NCBI RefSeq assembly: GCF_009914755.1
Contig: NC_060931.1
Direction: 5' to 3' (one strand)
DNA: 64,000 nt
Source of the DNA: the human T2T-CHM13v2.0 reference genome, Homo sapiens
How positions within the stretch are numbered: the stretch's first letter is position 1; every line of letters begins with the position of its first letter. Below the pieces are notes generated by a model. It searched no databases, had not been told where the DNA came from, and saw only the letters and a list, made by a program, of their open reading frames with translations. Below are positions 39,731 through 52,330 of this stretch, in pieces. The position numbers were made by a program, and so were the translations under genes.

Positions 39731-42700
39731 TCCCCTGTGTTGATCATGGAACATAAGCAAAACATCACTTTGTTTTTTTTCCCCGTGTTAAAAACAACTT
39801 CCTTTCTGAGGTGTCCCTGGATTGCAGCATTTCTTCCCTTTGAAAGTTTGACTTTGCCCTTGACTCTTGTATTGTTTTTCAGAGCATGGATTGCCCAATT
39901 TTCAGCTGCTGGTGAGTAAGCAGCACACTGCACGAAGGCAGGATTGGGAAGAGCAGATGATGGAAGCACCCGTGTGACTGCACCACCCCAGAGGTCCCAG
40001 CCTCTGCCGTTGGCAGGAACGAGCCACCGTGCTGCTCAGGATGACAATAGCTCCTGTTCATGCAGTGCTTTCTTGTACCAGGCAATCCATCATCCCCATC
40101 TTACAGGTGAAAAAACTGAGGCCAGGGGCTTTATGCAACATGCTAGGACATAGAAATCTAAGGCACAAAAACAAACGGTCTTGCTCCAGAGCTGTTCTGC
40201 TGTTGATACTTCCCAGCTTTCATGACCTCCCCTTCAAGGGCTAACACAATTGTCAGAGTTGAGTTGTTGAGTGCAACGGTCAACATTTGTTCTTGCGGTT
40301 CCCACAAGAAAAAGACAGATGTGTTCTGAAGTGCCATCAAATTGCTGGCAGAGGCCGTGTGTGGCCCTATTCATAGGCACCCCCTGGAGTGACACAATGG
40401 GACTGCTATGATTATGTGTCCCTCACCTTTTCTGAATCACTGATAGTGGTTTCCTTTTCTTTGCAGCACAGAGAATTTGCAATGCGGCAGGAGGTCTCCT
40501 GGTCCCCGGTTTAATACCCTTTTTTGCTCAGTTGATTGAATACAAATTCCATGTCTAGCACTGAAAGCTTTCCACACTTACCCCAAACAACTCTTCATCC
40601 CTGCCTCCCAAAATATGCTCCCAGTTGCCCCTGCACATACAGACATTTTTGGCCCTAGCCTACATAAAATGCCTGTATGGTATGGCAGGAAGGGTAAAGG
40701 CTTTGATTCGGGTGAAGAAGGGGCTTCATCTCCAGCTGGTGGTGATGAGACCTACTGGCAACTTTGGCATGTGTGGCTTGGCATGAGGTATGCCCAGTAT
40801 AGTAAACGTTTATGAAACACTAGCTCCCCCACCCCTCCCTGCTCTTGGTGCTCTGATTCCAGGTGTCCTGTGAAATTGGATTCATAGTTCTTTATCAAAT
40901 GGGCATGGGGCACCTATTGGTGCCTGTGTGGTGCTGGACAGAAGGACATCTATGTGCTTGTCCCCTGTTCACTAAACCAGGTGAGACACACACACACCCC
41001 AACACACACACACACACAGAAGTACGTAGATAGGCATTTATTTTAGCTCTTCAGCATGAGTATAACCCAATGTGAGATCAAGCATCAGGATTGCACAGGG
41101 GGGCACTGAAATCAGGCTGTGCAGAGGTGAGGACATTTATGGTGGGTCCCCAGGGATGGAGAAGGGGTCATAGGAGGAAGGAACAGTGCCATGAAGATAT
41201 AACTGAGGCCAGAATGGTCCTCAACCTTTGGGTGGTCAAAGGCCCATTAGAGTCGATGACGACTCCCAAAGACCACACGGAAGCACACAGTTGTGCAGTT
41301 GGCTCCAGGGAGTCCGAGGGGCCTTGAGCTACGGCATGGACCTCGTCTATGGCTCTCTGACTTTTCTTATCTGTCTCTAACTCTTCCTCTCACCAGTTTT
41401 GGTCACTATGTGGGCCATCCCATCTGAAGCATCATTCCATACTCCCCTTCCTGATGTTCTTTTCTTTCTTTCATGCATTAATCACAAGCTGCAGTGCATT
41501 TGTTAAAGTATTTGTTTACTATTTTTCCCCCTCTACATCTTTGAGGGTGGGGCTCTGCCTCCTTCATGGCTGATCCTCAGCTTCTGGGTGTCTGGTTGGT
41601 GCTCAGAAGGGGTGCAGGAATGAGGGGTCCCCAGGCGCCGGCTCCCTCCCTGGTGATCTTCCAGAACCGATCTTTCTTTCTTTTTCTTTCTTTCTTTTCT
41701 TTTCTTTCTTTTTCTTTCTTTCTTTTTCTTTCTCTTTCTTCCTTCCTTCCTTCCTTCTCTCCATCTCTCTCCTTCCTCCCTTTCCTCCATTCTTTCTCCC
41801 TTTCTTTCTCTCCTCTCTCTCTCTTTTTCTCTTGAGACAGGGTCTCACTCTGCCACCGAGGCTGGAGTACAGTGGTGTGATCATAACTCACTGTAGCCTC
41901 AAACTCCTGGGCTTAAGTGACCCTCTCACCTCAGCCTCCTGAATAGCTAGACTACAGTCATACACCACCATGCCTGGCTAATTATTTTTATTTTCACAGA
42001 GACAGGGTCATGCTTTGTTACCCAGGCTGGTCTCAAATCCTTGGCCTCAAACGATTCTCCCACGTCAGCCTCTCAGTGTTGGAATTACAGGCGTGAGCCA
42101 CTTTGCCTGACTCAGAACCTCCTTTCTAAGGATATCCACTCTCTTAGCCTGCTTATACCCCTGTGGTGGTGGCCTGCTGCCCTAATGAGGAGTCTAAACC
42201 CCTTTGCACAGCCTCCAGCCCTCTTTGTGCCTGGTCCCCTGCCTGCTCCCCTGCCACTCCCTGCCTGTTATTCCAGCTCCCAGCAGGAAGAACTACTGGC
42301 TCTTCCCTGAACACACTGCACTCTTCCCAGCTGTCTGCTGTCATCCCACCATCATCTCTATTCTCCCACATTGCACACCCCATCCCTTTGCTGCTTGGGG
42401 GAAGGCCACTTACCCTCCAAGACCAGCCATGGCCAGCAGCTTATGGAGACGTACCCAGACACAAATAGACCTGCTGTCTCTTCCCACCTCACTTATCCTA
42501 AGGGTCAGGTTGTAAGTAGCCCGCCCTTGACAGACCATCCTCCTGCTAGATGGGGGCAAGACTGTGGCTCAGTGTAGGGCATCCCATCACTCCTTTCCCC
42601 CACACCTAGCTCAGTACCTGCCCTACATTGGAAGGGTACCTCCCTTCCACTCCACTACGGTCACTGTTGGGTGAGGGAAAGAATGCAGACAGAAGCTTGG

Positions 42701-43819
42701 GAGCTTGAGATGGAGAAGCTGGAAGGAAGAGCAATTCATTCTGAGGGGGCAGCCGCAGGAGGTGGGGGATATCAGGATAGAGTCCTGCAAGAAAGAGTTT
42801 CCGGGATGGATGGAAGAGACCATGGACTTGATAAGCATGATAGGGTGATGGAAGTTCAGGCACTGAGAACAGCAAGACCAGAGTCATGGGGTTAGGGTCA
42901 GGCCAACTGAGGCTGAGGTGCAGCAGGTCCGGAGACCTCTCTCCCAGGGCCCACCCTGCACTTCCCAGAGCTGAGAGATGCACCTCCTTTCATGTCTCCC
43001 CTGGGCACTTCCCCAGCCTCCCCAGTCAGCTGTGAGTCAGAGCACTGGGACCACCAAAGGCAGGCCAGGCTGTGACCCCTGCCAGGGGGCAGTGGGGCTT
43101 GGGGATTCATGAATGTTCCCAGAAATGGCTGTGTGAGCAGTCACATCATCGGCTGTGACTCCAACCTGCCAGGGCAGGGCCGCTCACTCCCACACAGGAT
43201 GGACGGATGGACAGTCGGCCTACACAGGCCTGTAGGGAGGGGCTTGGCTCCATCTGTGTTGACAGAGGGTCAGGAGTAGGAGGAGAGCTCTCTCTTGATT
43301 TGGGGGCTGTTTGGTTTGCTGTTGCTATGAAGCAAGCAAGGAAAACATTTGGGAAATCGATCCTTGAGGGGAGGAATTTTCACTACATGCAGGACAAGTG
43401 AGACCTCAGGGAGGATGGGTGGGACGAATGCTGAGCAAGTGCACAACTATCCAGGGCGGAGTATACTGCCTGGCACACAGCAGGTGGCCTCTAGATATTT
43501 ACCAAAGAATTGCCTCTTTCATGTGTTTCATTAAGAAAACATTTCAGCTGTGGGCACTGATTGCAAGCTGAGGAAGTCAGAGAGAAAATACAGAGCACAC
43601 ATTCTTCTTCTGGAAATCAAATTGCTTAGGCATCTACCCTAAAAATAATGTCAAAAAATTCAAAACCGTTGGTCAGTTCCTTTACCAAACACCAAACTCT
43701 GCTCTGTAAAGAAATAATGACAAACAATCATAAACTTCCAACTGCAGTGACCTCACTGCCTTATTTTGATTTTTGCAGGAGACGCTGGGGCCATTACTCT
43801 TTGGAGACTTTAGAGGTAG

Positions 43820-44065
<246 letters not shown>

Positions 44066-44072
44066 TGACTGA

Positions 44073-44234
<162 letters not shown>

Positions 44235-45943
44235 TTAGATTGATAATGTAACAGACAGTGTAAATACATCTACAAATTCAGAAGGTTAAGAAAGGGTATG
44301 CAAGGAAAACCGGTCTGTCCCTCAGTCACATTTTTCACCACCACCCACAAGAAGGCATTGCTATCAATTTATGTATTCCTCCCAAAACATTCAATAAATG
44401 TAGAATCAGTTGCATACATTCATCTTGCTTTTATTGTACACAAACAGTACCACACTCTGTACTTTCTCATTTGTACTTAGCTAGGAGATTTTACTTCAGT
44501 TGAATCACTTTACTTTTAGAGATTTTTCTCTATAAGAAAATCAGAGTTGCTCTTTCTTGTTGATAGCTGTCTATCTTCCAGTGGAAGGATGCCCCAGGAT
44601 TTATGTATCCAGCACCTAGAGATGGGCATTTAGGTTACTTGCAGTATGGCTTCCAGATAGGGATTGGTTCGCGTATTTTTTCACATAAGTTTAAAATGAT
44701 CTCTCACGTCTGTCTCATCATCTGTAGGATAAACAGCTGAGGGTGGCATTGTTAGCACAGACCATTCTACCTCCAGCTTCAGAATTTCAGGGTAGTTATT
44801 ATTTTCACCTGCCCTTACACCTTCCCTGAAGGGAGCAGCAGGGATCATTTCCTTGAATGTAAGAATGACTGTCACTTGAGGTGATTCAGCAATGCTCTAC
44901 TGTTTTAGAGTGTTTTAGCCAGATTACAGAGAAAGGCATTTACTTAGGGCTTGCTTACAGTAAACAGGACTGTATGGGCATCAGAAATGTGAATTCTTGT
45001 TCAGGATCCACCGTTATAGCCTCTGTGACTTTGACCTGGCAATAGCCTTCCTTCTCTGGCCTCAGTGTTCTCCTCTATAAAGCAAGGGGCTGGACAAGCC
45101 ATCTCCAGTTTCCCAGTTTGGCAACACCACTCCTAAAGGATCTGAAGGGACAACAGGAGGCCCAGGCCTGGAGGTAGGGTAGCCCTGAGCCTGTGCCTAG
45201 AATGGGAGGCAAAGATGGTGGCAGGTGGGTGGGAAAATGTGGGGTTTGGGGGTCACAGGAGAGACCAAGGGGCAGGCCTGGAGCATGGCACGCTCCCTGA
45301 TCACAGCTCTCCACTGGAAGGCCATGGAGGGAGTGATGGGGAGAGCCTGCAACTCCTGGAGATAAGCCTGATTCTGACTTTCTTTGAAGGATTTTTTTCT
45401 TTCGACTTCTTTCCTGTGAAAGAGAATATCCGAGAAATGAGAATTTTAACTAAAGAGAAAACCTTTGCATTTGCTACTGATAAATATCTGGCCTATGCGG
45501 GAAAGTCATGGGTGCCCTGGGATTCTGGCTCCACTGCTAACAAGACCTTGTTAGACCTTCTTAACTGCCCCTCCAGAGAGGAGAAAGGCTCTTGGAGGTA
45601 GAGTGAGATTGGGGAGCTTGGCAGAGCCCTAGGATGAACTGTGTTTTGTTTTGTTTTGTTTTGTTGCAGGTTGGAGCCTTTTTCCTGCAGAAAGAGAAGC
45701 AATTCCGGGCTTTTCCACAGATAACCTGCTAGGGCTCGCAGAGACCTGGATTCTAACCCCATCTCGCCTTTCCTCACCTGGGGCATTGTTTTCTGCATTT
45801 GAGAACTGCTGGGTGGGCTGGTGTTACCCAGGATTTTTAAATTTTTGCAGGAGACGCTTTGCAGGAGATCTCTAGGGCTTTTTTCTGTGTCAATTAAAGA
45901 GCCTGGCCAGCTGGACCTGGGCTGTCTTTTTGACAAAAACAAA

Positions 45944-45948
45944 CGTCA
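45944..45948 (+). promoter_or_regulatory. IGFBP1 promoter CRE half-site CGTCA (~-263)
   Basis: aaaCGTCAtc at the established position of the IGFBP1 cAMP element. Confidence 0.65.
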
Positions 45949-46088
45949 TCCCCCTCCCAGCTGAGCACTTGTTAGAACTGGACTTTAACTGAGGGCCTGA
46001 ACCCCCTAACAACGGGACAAACAGTATGAAATCAAAACCGTTTACCCTCCTCCCACCAGCGGTTTGCGTAGGGCCTTGGGTGCACTAG

Positions 46089-46106
46089 CAAAACAAACTT
46101 ATTTTG
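46089..46106 (+). promoter_or_regulatory. IGFBP1 insulin response element (IRS-A CAAAACAA / IRS-B TTATTTTG; FOXO1/FOXA binding)
   Basis: Exact classical sequence cactagCAAAACAAacTTATTTTGaacac, overlapped downstream by the GRE-like TGAACA. Confidence 0.95.
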
Positions 46107-46121
46107 AACACTCAGCTCCTA

Positions 46122-46146
46122 GCGTGCGGCGCTGCCAATCATTAAC
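46122..46146 (+). promoter_or_regulatory. IGFBP1 proximal XRE core (GCGTG 46122-46126) and HNF1 site (tgccaatcattaac 46133-46146)
   Basis: Motifs at the established positions between the IRE and the TATA box. Confidence 0.8.
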
Positions 46147-46176
46147 CTCCTGGTGCAAGTGGCGCGGCCTGTGCCC

Positions 46177-46183
46177 TTTATAA
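46177..46183 (+). promoter_or_regulatory. IGFBP1 TATA box (TTTATAA); TSS ~46207
   Basis: About 28 bp upstream of the known 5' UTR start, at the edge of a CpG island (~46120-46870). Confidence 0.9.
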
Positions 46184-46371
46184 GGTGCGCGCTGTGTCCA
46201 GCGAGCATCGGCCACCGCCATCCCATCCAGCGAGCATCTGCCGCCGCGCCGCCGCCACCCTCCCAGAGAGCACTGGCCACCGCTCCACCATCACTTGCCC
46301 AGAGTTTGGGCCACCGCCCGCCGCCACCAGCCCAGAGAGCATCGGCCCCTGTCTGCTGCTCGCGCCTGGAG

Positions 46372-46720
46372 ATGTCAGAGGTCCCCGTTGCTCGCGTCTG
46401 GCTGGTACTGCTCCTGCTGACTGTCCAGGTCGGCGTGACAGCCGGCGCTCCGTGGCAGTGCGCGCCCTGCTCCGCCGAGAAGCTCGCGCTCTGCCCGCCG
46501 GTGTCCGCCTCGTGCTCGGAGGTCACCCGGTCCGCCGGCTGCGGCTGTTGCCCGATGTGCGCCCTGCCTCTGGGCGCCGCGTGCGGCGTGGCGACTGCAC
46601 GCTGCGCCCGGGGACTCAGTTGCCGCGCGCTGCCGGGGGAGCAGCAACCTCTGCACGCCCTCACCCGCGGCCAAGGCGCCTGCGTGCAGGAGTCTGACGC
46701 CTCCGCTCCCCATGCTGCAG
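46372..46720 (+). CDS. IGFBP1: IGFBP1 exon 1 CDS (signal peptide and N-terminal IGF-binding domain with GCGCCxxC)
   Basis: MSEVPVARVWLVLLLLTVQVGVTAGAPWQCAPCSAEKLALCPP...GCGCCPMC; donor GCAG|gtacca; 349 nt. Confidence 0.99.
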
Positions 46721-46857
46721 GTACCACAGTCCCGCCCCTGCTCCAGCACCTCCTGCCGCCCGCCCCCGCCCGGCACCTCCCGCCCCCACTCCCCTAACTA
46801 CTGGGTGGGGCTGCAGCCGGGCAGGGGCTTGTCCACAACTAGAGCTTGAAACCAGAG

Positions 46858-47119
46858 CACGTAGTTGGGGAAGGAGCTTGGGTCACCCAGTGGAGCCCGC
46901 TCATTGCACGGTCTTGGCAGGACGTGCCCTGGGAGAAGAAGGAAGATGTTCCAGGGCACACATAGCTTAGTGGAGACTCAAGGAGGAAGCTCCCACTTGG
47001 CCCTCGTAGCCCAGGGATCTTTAGAGACCCAGACAGCAAGAGTAGAGGGAGGCGGTGGGGCTGCCTCCGCAGTTGGGATGCCACCCTGGGTCCCCCACCA
47101 GTCTCCTTGCCAGCACGTG
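46858..47119 (+). promoter_or_regulatory. IGFBP1 intron 1 hypoxia-response elements (RCGTG cores at 46858-46862(-), 46922-46926, 47114-47119)
   Basis: Three ACGTG cores in proximal intron 1, consistent with the known intron-1 HIF-1 responsiveness of IGFBP1. Confidence 0.6.
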
Positions 47120-48266
47120 GGCAGCCCCAGTGGCTGGAGCATCCGGGAAGGCCTAAGAAGGGAATCCCTCCTGCTGGCCTCCCCAGGAGGTGTTTGGAAT
47201 GTCCTTTGTAATATACGTCCTGGATACAGTATGTGCTTCCCAGATGTTTACAGAACATAATGTGAGAGTTGAGGCTAAAAGCTTCACTTCCATTCATTGC
47301 CATAGAAAAACAATGTTTGATGTGTATGTTGCCCCCTAAGAACATGACAATCAGGTTCTTTCCTGGATTTAAGCAGGCATTTGTTTGTAGCGGGAAGTGG
47401 AGGAAATGCCTCTTTCTCTACTCCAGCCCCTATCTCCTCATCTGGACTGCTTGCACGTCCTGTCCTGTGCCATTCTTGGAGGAATTAGGACTTCCATACC
47501 CTGATAGGGTGTTAGAGTGAGTGTGTGAGAGTCAGTGACCCTTCCAAGGAGGGAACAGGGATTTCCTGCGGATTCTCTGCCCTTCAGAGGAAATGAAAGG
47601 GAGTCGTCTCACTGATCCTCAAGGAGATGGATTTCCACAGGGGGTCCCTTATAGGCCAGTGTGCTGATTCTGTTCATGTACCTTTGGACTCTATCTGCAA
47701 GATCCTCTCGCCATGGGGGTGGAGGGGGTGTTGCAGAGAAGTCCATTAGGACGTGGGAAGGCAGGGGCCCCAAAATAGAAGAGGGTAGTAGTTTGGGTCA
47801 GGAGAGCTGCATTCTAGACTCCACTTCTAGATGAACTGTACCATCCATTCAGGGATATTAGTAAAATCCCCATTTTAAGGATGGAGAAGCTGAGGTTTCG
47901 AGGCTCCCTACTAATGCGGTTAGGAACTGAACTCTAATCCTGGCTTCTTTAGGGTTGTTCTCAACCTCAGCAAATGCATTTGTTGCTCTGCTCCCCTGCT
48001 GCTTTAAAAGCAGAAACGTGGGGCACCCTTGCCAGGCCCTGAAACTTACTATTGTCAGGAACAGAGCTGGCATGCTGTTGGGACATAACTCTTCCTGGAA
48101 ACCATTACAAGGTCCTTTACAGTGAGAGTCAGTGAAAATCAGGTTAGGGAATGTGGCCATCCTCATGGCCCAGCCTGGTTTTGAGGGAAGGAAGTGATCT
48201 CCTGGGGGCCCGAAAGGGGCAGATGCTTTGGGAGGGCTCATGGGGTCTGCAATGTTTCCTTTCCAG

Positions 48267-48436
48267 AGGCAGGGAGCCCTGAAAGCCCAGAGAGCACGGA
48301 GATAACTGAGGAGGAGCTCCTGGATAATTTCCATCTGATGGCCCCTTCTGAAGAGGATCATTCCATCCTTTGGGACGCCATCAGTACCTATGATGGCTCG
48401 AAGGCTCTCCATGTCACCAACATCAAAAAATGGAAG
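48267..48436 (+). CDS. IGFBP1: IGFBP1 exon 2
   Basis: tttccag|AGGCAGGG...TGGAAG|gtgagg; encodes EAGSPESPESTEITEEELLDNF...KKWK; 170 nt. Confidence 0.99.
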
Positions 48437-49650
48437 GTGAGGCCCAGCAGGTGGGTGGTGGGAACTCTCCTGTCAGAGGATGTAGCTTGAGTCGGCTGTG
48501 ACAAGCAGACCTGGCCCACTCCTTCCTGGTCCTGATGCCCTGGAAAGAAATGCTTTTCCCCCAAAACCTAGTGGCCATTTCTCAGTTAAACTTTGTCAAA
48601 CTGTGAACACATGGACTTTCAGGAGAGGAGCCCACTGGATGCAAAGAAAATGTAGTTCCGGACGATAGGTTACTTCATGTCTCTGAGCTCCTCTCTAAAG
48701 GGTGTGAGAACATTGAGTTACATTGTTCCAAAACTTAGTACAAGGGCCTAACTGCTTTCACCCCCATTGTATGATTTGCCTCCCTTTAAAAAAGTTGTCA
48801 TAAAATAGACATAAAATGTACTGTTTTAACTATTTTGAAGCATAGGTTTCTGTGGCATTAAGTAACAATAAGTAATGCATGTTATTCTGCAACCACTACC
48901 AATATCTACCTTCAGAATTTTCATCTTCCCAAACTGAAGCTCGGAACTCATTAAACATCAACTCTCCATTATCTTAATTATGTCTGTTTTGAATTCTACC
49001 ACTTGAGGGCGACAGAGAATCAAAGTCGGAGTGATTTGATTTGAGAAAATAAATTACTTCCACAAACATGCCTACCCAGAAAAAGGGAGGATTAAACCAT
49101 TTTCTCAACATTTTGGAATTTCATCTGAGAATAACGATAAATGGAGGAAAGTTAATTCTTAAATTATCCAAATGAATGCCTTAATCCTCACTTGATTTAG
49201 TTTATGTAAAAGAACCTTGTAGATTGCAGAGGAAAGTTATTCAAAATCTAGAAATGTCTTCTGCTAAATTCTTAATTAAGAGTTATGCCCACTCTTCTAA
49301 CCAGATGGCGGGTGCCAAAAGTATTCAGTAGGTGGCAGGAAGAGTTGGGAAGAGTTTTGTGGTGTTGGTGAGGCTCTTGCCAGGGGATGTCTCTGTGCAG
49401 GTGTTGAGAGAGTGATTGGTGAGGGAGAGAATGGTGTTCTTGTTCTTTATCTGAACAACTTAAGACAGACTAACTGCAGGTGGGAAAAAGAGGCCCAGAG
49501 GGAGCACATCACATGACACCTAGTCCCAGGTCCCCGTGGCCAGATCGTAGGGCCACTCCTGCTTCTACAAAACCTCTTCCATCAGTCATTGTCTAGGCTG
49601 ATAATTCACTGTGTCTTGTTAGATATGCTAATGTCAAGTTATTCTCTTAG

Positions 49651-49779
49651 GAGCCCTGCCGAATAGAACTCTACAGAGTCGTAGAGAGTTTAGCCAAGGC
49701 ACAGGAGACATCAGGAGAAGAAATTTCCAAATTTTACCTGCCAAACTGCAACAAGAATGGATTTTATCACAGCAGACAG
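49651..49779 (+). CDS. IGFBP1: IGFBP1 exon 3 (thyroglobulin type-1 domain, first part)
   Basis: ctcttag|GAGCCCTGC...AGACAG|gtaggt; encodes EPCRIELYRVVESLAKAQETSGEEISKFYLPNCNKNGFYHSRQ; 129 nt. Confidence 0.99.
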
Positions 49780-50678
49780 GTAGGTGGCCTTGCCAGTGTG
49801 CGTCGTCAGGGTGAAAGGGACTACTGCCCTACATTCCTGCCAAGCCACGGTCATTCATGTCAAAGAAGGTCCACTCCAAAGTAGACACCAGAAGTGGTTG
49901 TATTGAGCCAGATCCACCCCTCTGGGAACCTGGAACAGCTAGGTGAAGAAAGCCTATTGAACAGGTCAATATGTCACCACCAGAGGTGGAAAACCTGCGC
50001 TGGACCAGGGGCCCTGGGGCTAAGCCTGAGCTCCATCACTCAGCAAGCCAATAGCTATGGAAGACTTTCCTAGGCCCCCTAACGCTTGGATCTTGGGTTC
50101 CTCACCTATACAAGAGAGGAAGGGAACAAACTTAACTTAGAAAAGCAAGTATCTATTTGGACAGCTCTTAACACTTTTTTCTCCTTGAACTGTCTAATAA
50201 AACACAACAACATTTTTGTGGCTTGCCAGATAATAAATGAGATCAAACAGACCAAGATTTCATATTGAGGAGTGCTTTAGGTCTCAGTGAAGTACAGGTT
50301 CTGTAGATTTTATTGGGAGAAACTGAGGACTAGGCCCTGCTTCACGGGCAATGAACAGTGGGGCACACACGAGACATGTTCCCTCTGGGATGGGCTCCCC
50401 TGACATCAGGCTATGAAGCAGACAGCTGTACACACACTGTACTGTTTAACACACATGGGAAGTCATTATTGCACATGCCACTCGGTCACTGTCTCTATTT
50501 TATGATGAGAACCAGGAGGGTGTGAGATTTGCCTGCATCATGGGCAGCTGGTTTCACAGCCGGGACTCTTGGCTTGGCTCTGCAGTGCTCGGCTGCACTG
50601 AAAAAAGGGCCAGCTATGGCTCTACTTTCCCTGTCAGCTTGTCATCTGCTGCTCTTGACCTTGGTCTTGTCTTTGCAG

Positions 50679-50810
50679 TGTGAGACATCCATGGATGGAG
50701 AGGCGGGACTCTGCTGGTGCGTCTACCCTTGGAATGGGAAGAGGATCCCTGGGTCTCCAGAGATCAGGGGAGACCCCAACTGCCAGATGTATTTTAATGT
50801 ACAAAACTGA
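50679..50810 (+). CDS. IGFBP1: IGFBP1 exon 4 CDS (CWCV motif, RGD, stop)
   Basis: tttgcag|TGTGAG; encodes CETSMDGEAGLCWCVYPWNGKRIPGSPEIRGDPNCQMYFNVQN*. Total CDS 349+170+129+132=780 nt = 259 aa. Confidence 0.99.
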   Translation, partial: CETSMDGEAGLCWCVYPWNGKRIPGSPEIRGDPNCQMYFNVQN

Positions 50811-51358
50811 AACCAGATGAAATAATGTTCTGTCACGTGAAATATTTAAGTATATAGTATATTTATACTCTAGAACATGCACATTTATATATATATGTAT
50901 ATGTATATATATATAGTAACTACTTTTTATACTCCATACATAACTTGATATAGAAAGCTGTTTATTTATTCACTGTAAGTTTATTTTTTCTACACAGTAA
51001 AAACTTGTACTATGTTAATAACTTGTCCTATGTCAATTTGTATATCATGAAACACTTCTCATCATATTGTATGTAAGTAATTGCATTTCTGCTCTTCCAA
51101 AGCTCCTGCGTCTGTTTTTAAAGAGCATGGAAAAATACTGCCTAGAAAATGCAAAATGAAATAAGAGAGAGTAGTTTTTCAGCTAGTTTGAAGGAGGACG
51201 GTTAACTTGTATATTCCACCATTCACATTTGATGTACATGTGTAGGGAAAGTTAAAAGTGTTGATTACATAATCAAAGCTACCTGTGGTGATGTTGCCAC
51301 CTGTTAAAATGTACACTGGATATGTTGTTAAACACGTGTCTATAATGGAAACATTTAC

Positions 51359-51364
51359 AATAAA
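51359..51364 (+). terminator. IGFBP1: IGFBP1 poly(A) signal AATAAA; AU-rich 3' UTR (50811-~51380) with five ATTTA motifs
   Basis: acatttacAATAAAtattctgcatggaaata followed by a GT/T-rich downstream element. Confidence 0.9.
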
Positions 51365-52330
51365 TATTCTGCATGGAAATACTGTTATCTCTGTGGATGT
51401 TTATTTAGTGATATTATCTTTTTGAAATCCCTTTGTCCTTCACCCTCACCTTCCTTATGCATTTTGTGCTTTTGTGATACCAAGATGGTGTTTTGGGTCT
51501 GCAGAGCCCCTTGTCCTAACTACCCTAGATCTTGCCCCGGCTGCCCCAGGGTTTCCACTTCCCAGTGGCATTGGGACCTTCCTCCTCTGCCTGGCCAGGC
51601 TGGGCATTCCTGTGTCCCACCTCTCCATTAGTCCCCATCCTCCCCAGGGTCCTCAGCCTCTTCCTCTTGGTTTGGTTTGTCCCTTCCGTTCAACTTATAA
51701 ATAGGAACAGGGTTTCTTTCCTCTTAAACACAAGACAGAAGTGCTTCCTTGGTTTTGCTCCCTAGCCTTTCCCTTGCTTGCCCTCCCTTCCTGCTAGCCT
51801 CCTTCTTCCACAGGGCTCCCAGCATCCTTTTGTCACTTCTGTTTCCATGACTGAGCCCTGATTGCATCTCTCTTCTCTGCTCCTCAGAGCTCTTCTTCCT
51901 TAACACTGTGCCCTGCTTGGTGTGCCCAACGCTGCCCCTCCTAACTCTTGCTCACCCTGTTGACTGCTTCTTTCCTCCCCTCCACATCTTTCCTAGCACC
52001 TTGCCCATCCCAGGGGATTCCATCTCGGTCTGCTGGCTGCCTCCAGCCCTGTCTCTTGGACTCCCCCTGCTCTATGTCGGGGTGAAAGCCCACACTTCTC
52101 CTTGCCTCAGGCCACCTCTTGGAGGCTTGGCATCCATGGCTGCTTCTCTCATCTGTGGGGCTGGTGGCCTCCCTGACATTCTGGTTTTTCCTGGAGACTC
52201 TAGCTCCCTATCTTGGGTCCCCCCTTTAACCCTCCAACCCCATAGCTGCCAGGCTGCCGTCCTCTCTGCCATGACCCTGGGGCTGGTGTGTAAACTCAGC
52301 ACTCAGACTCATCAAGAGGAGCAGCCAGAC

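Noticed and set aside
46119-46776. Antisense and alternative-frame ORFs (202, 170, 133 aa) over IGFBP1 exon 1
   Set aside because: Stop-poor shadows of a GC-rich CpG island; no independent evidence.
46153-46797. 214-aa ORF suggesting an N-terminally extended IGFBP1
   Set aside because: It begins at a GTG upstream of the TATA box/TSS and runs into intron 1. The true start is ATG 46372.
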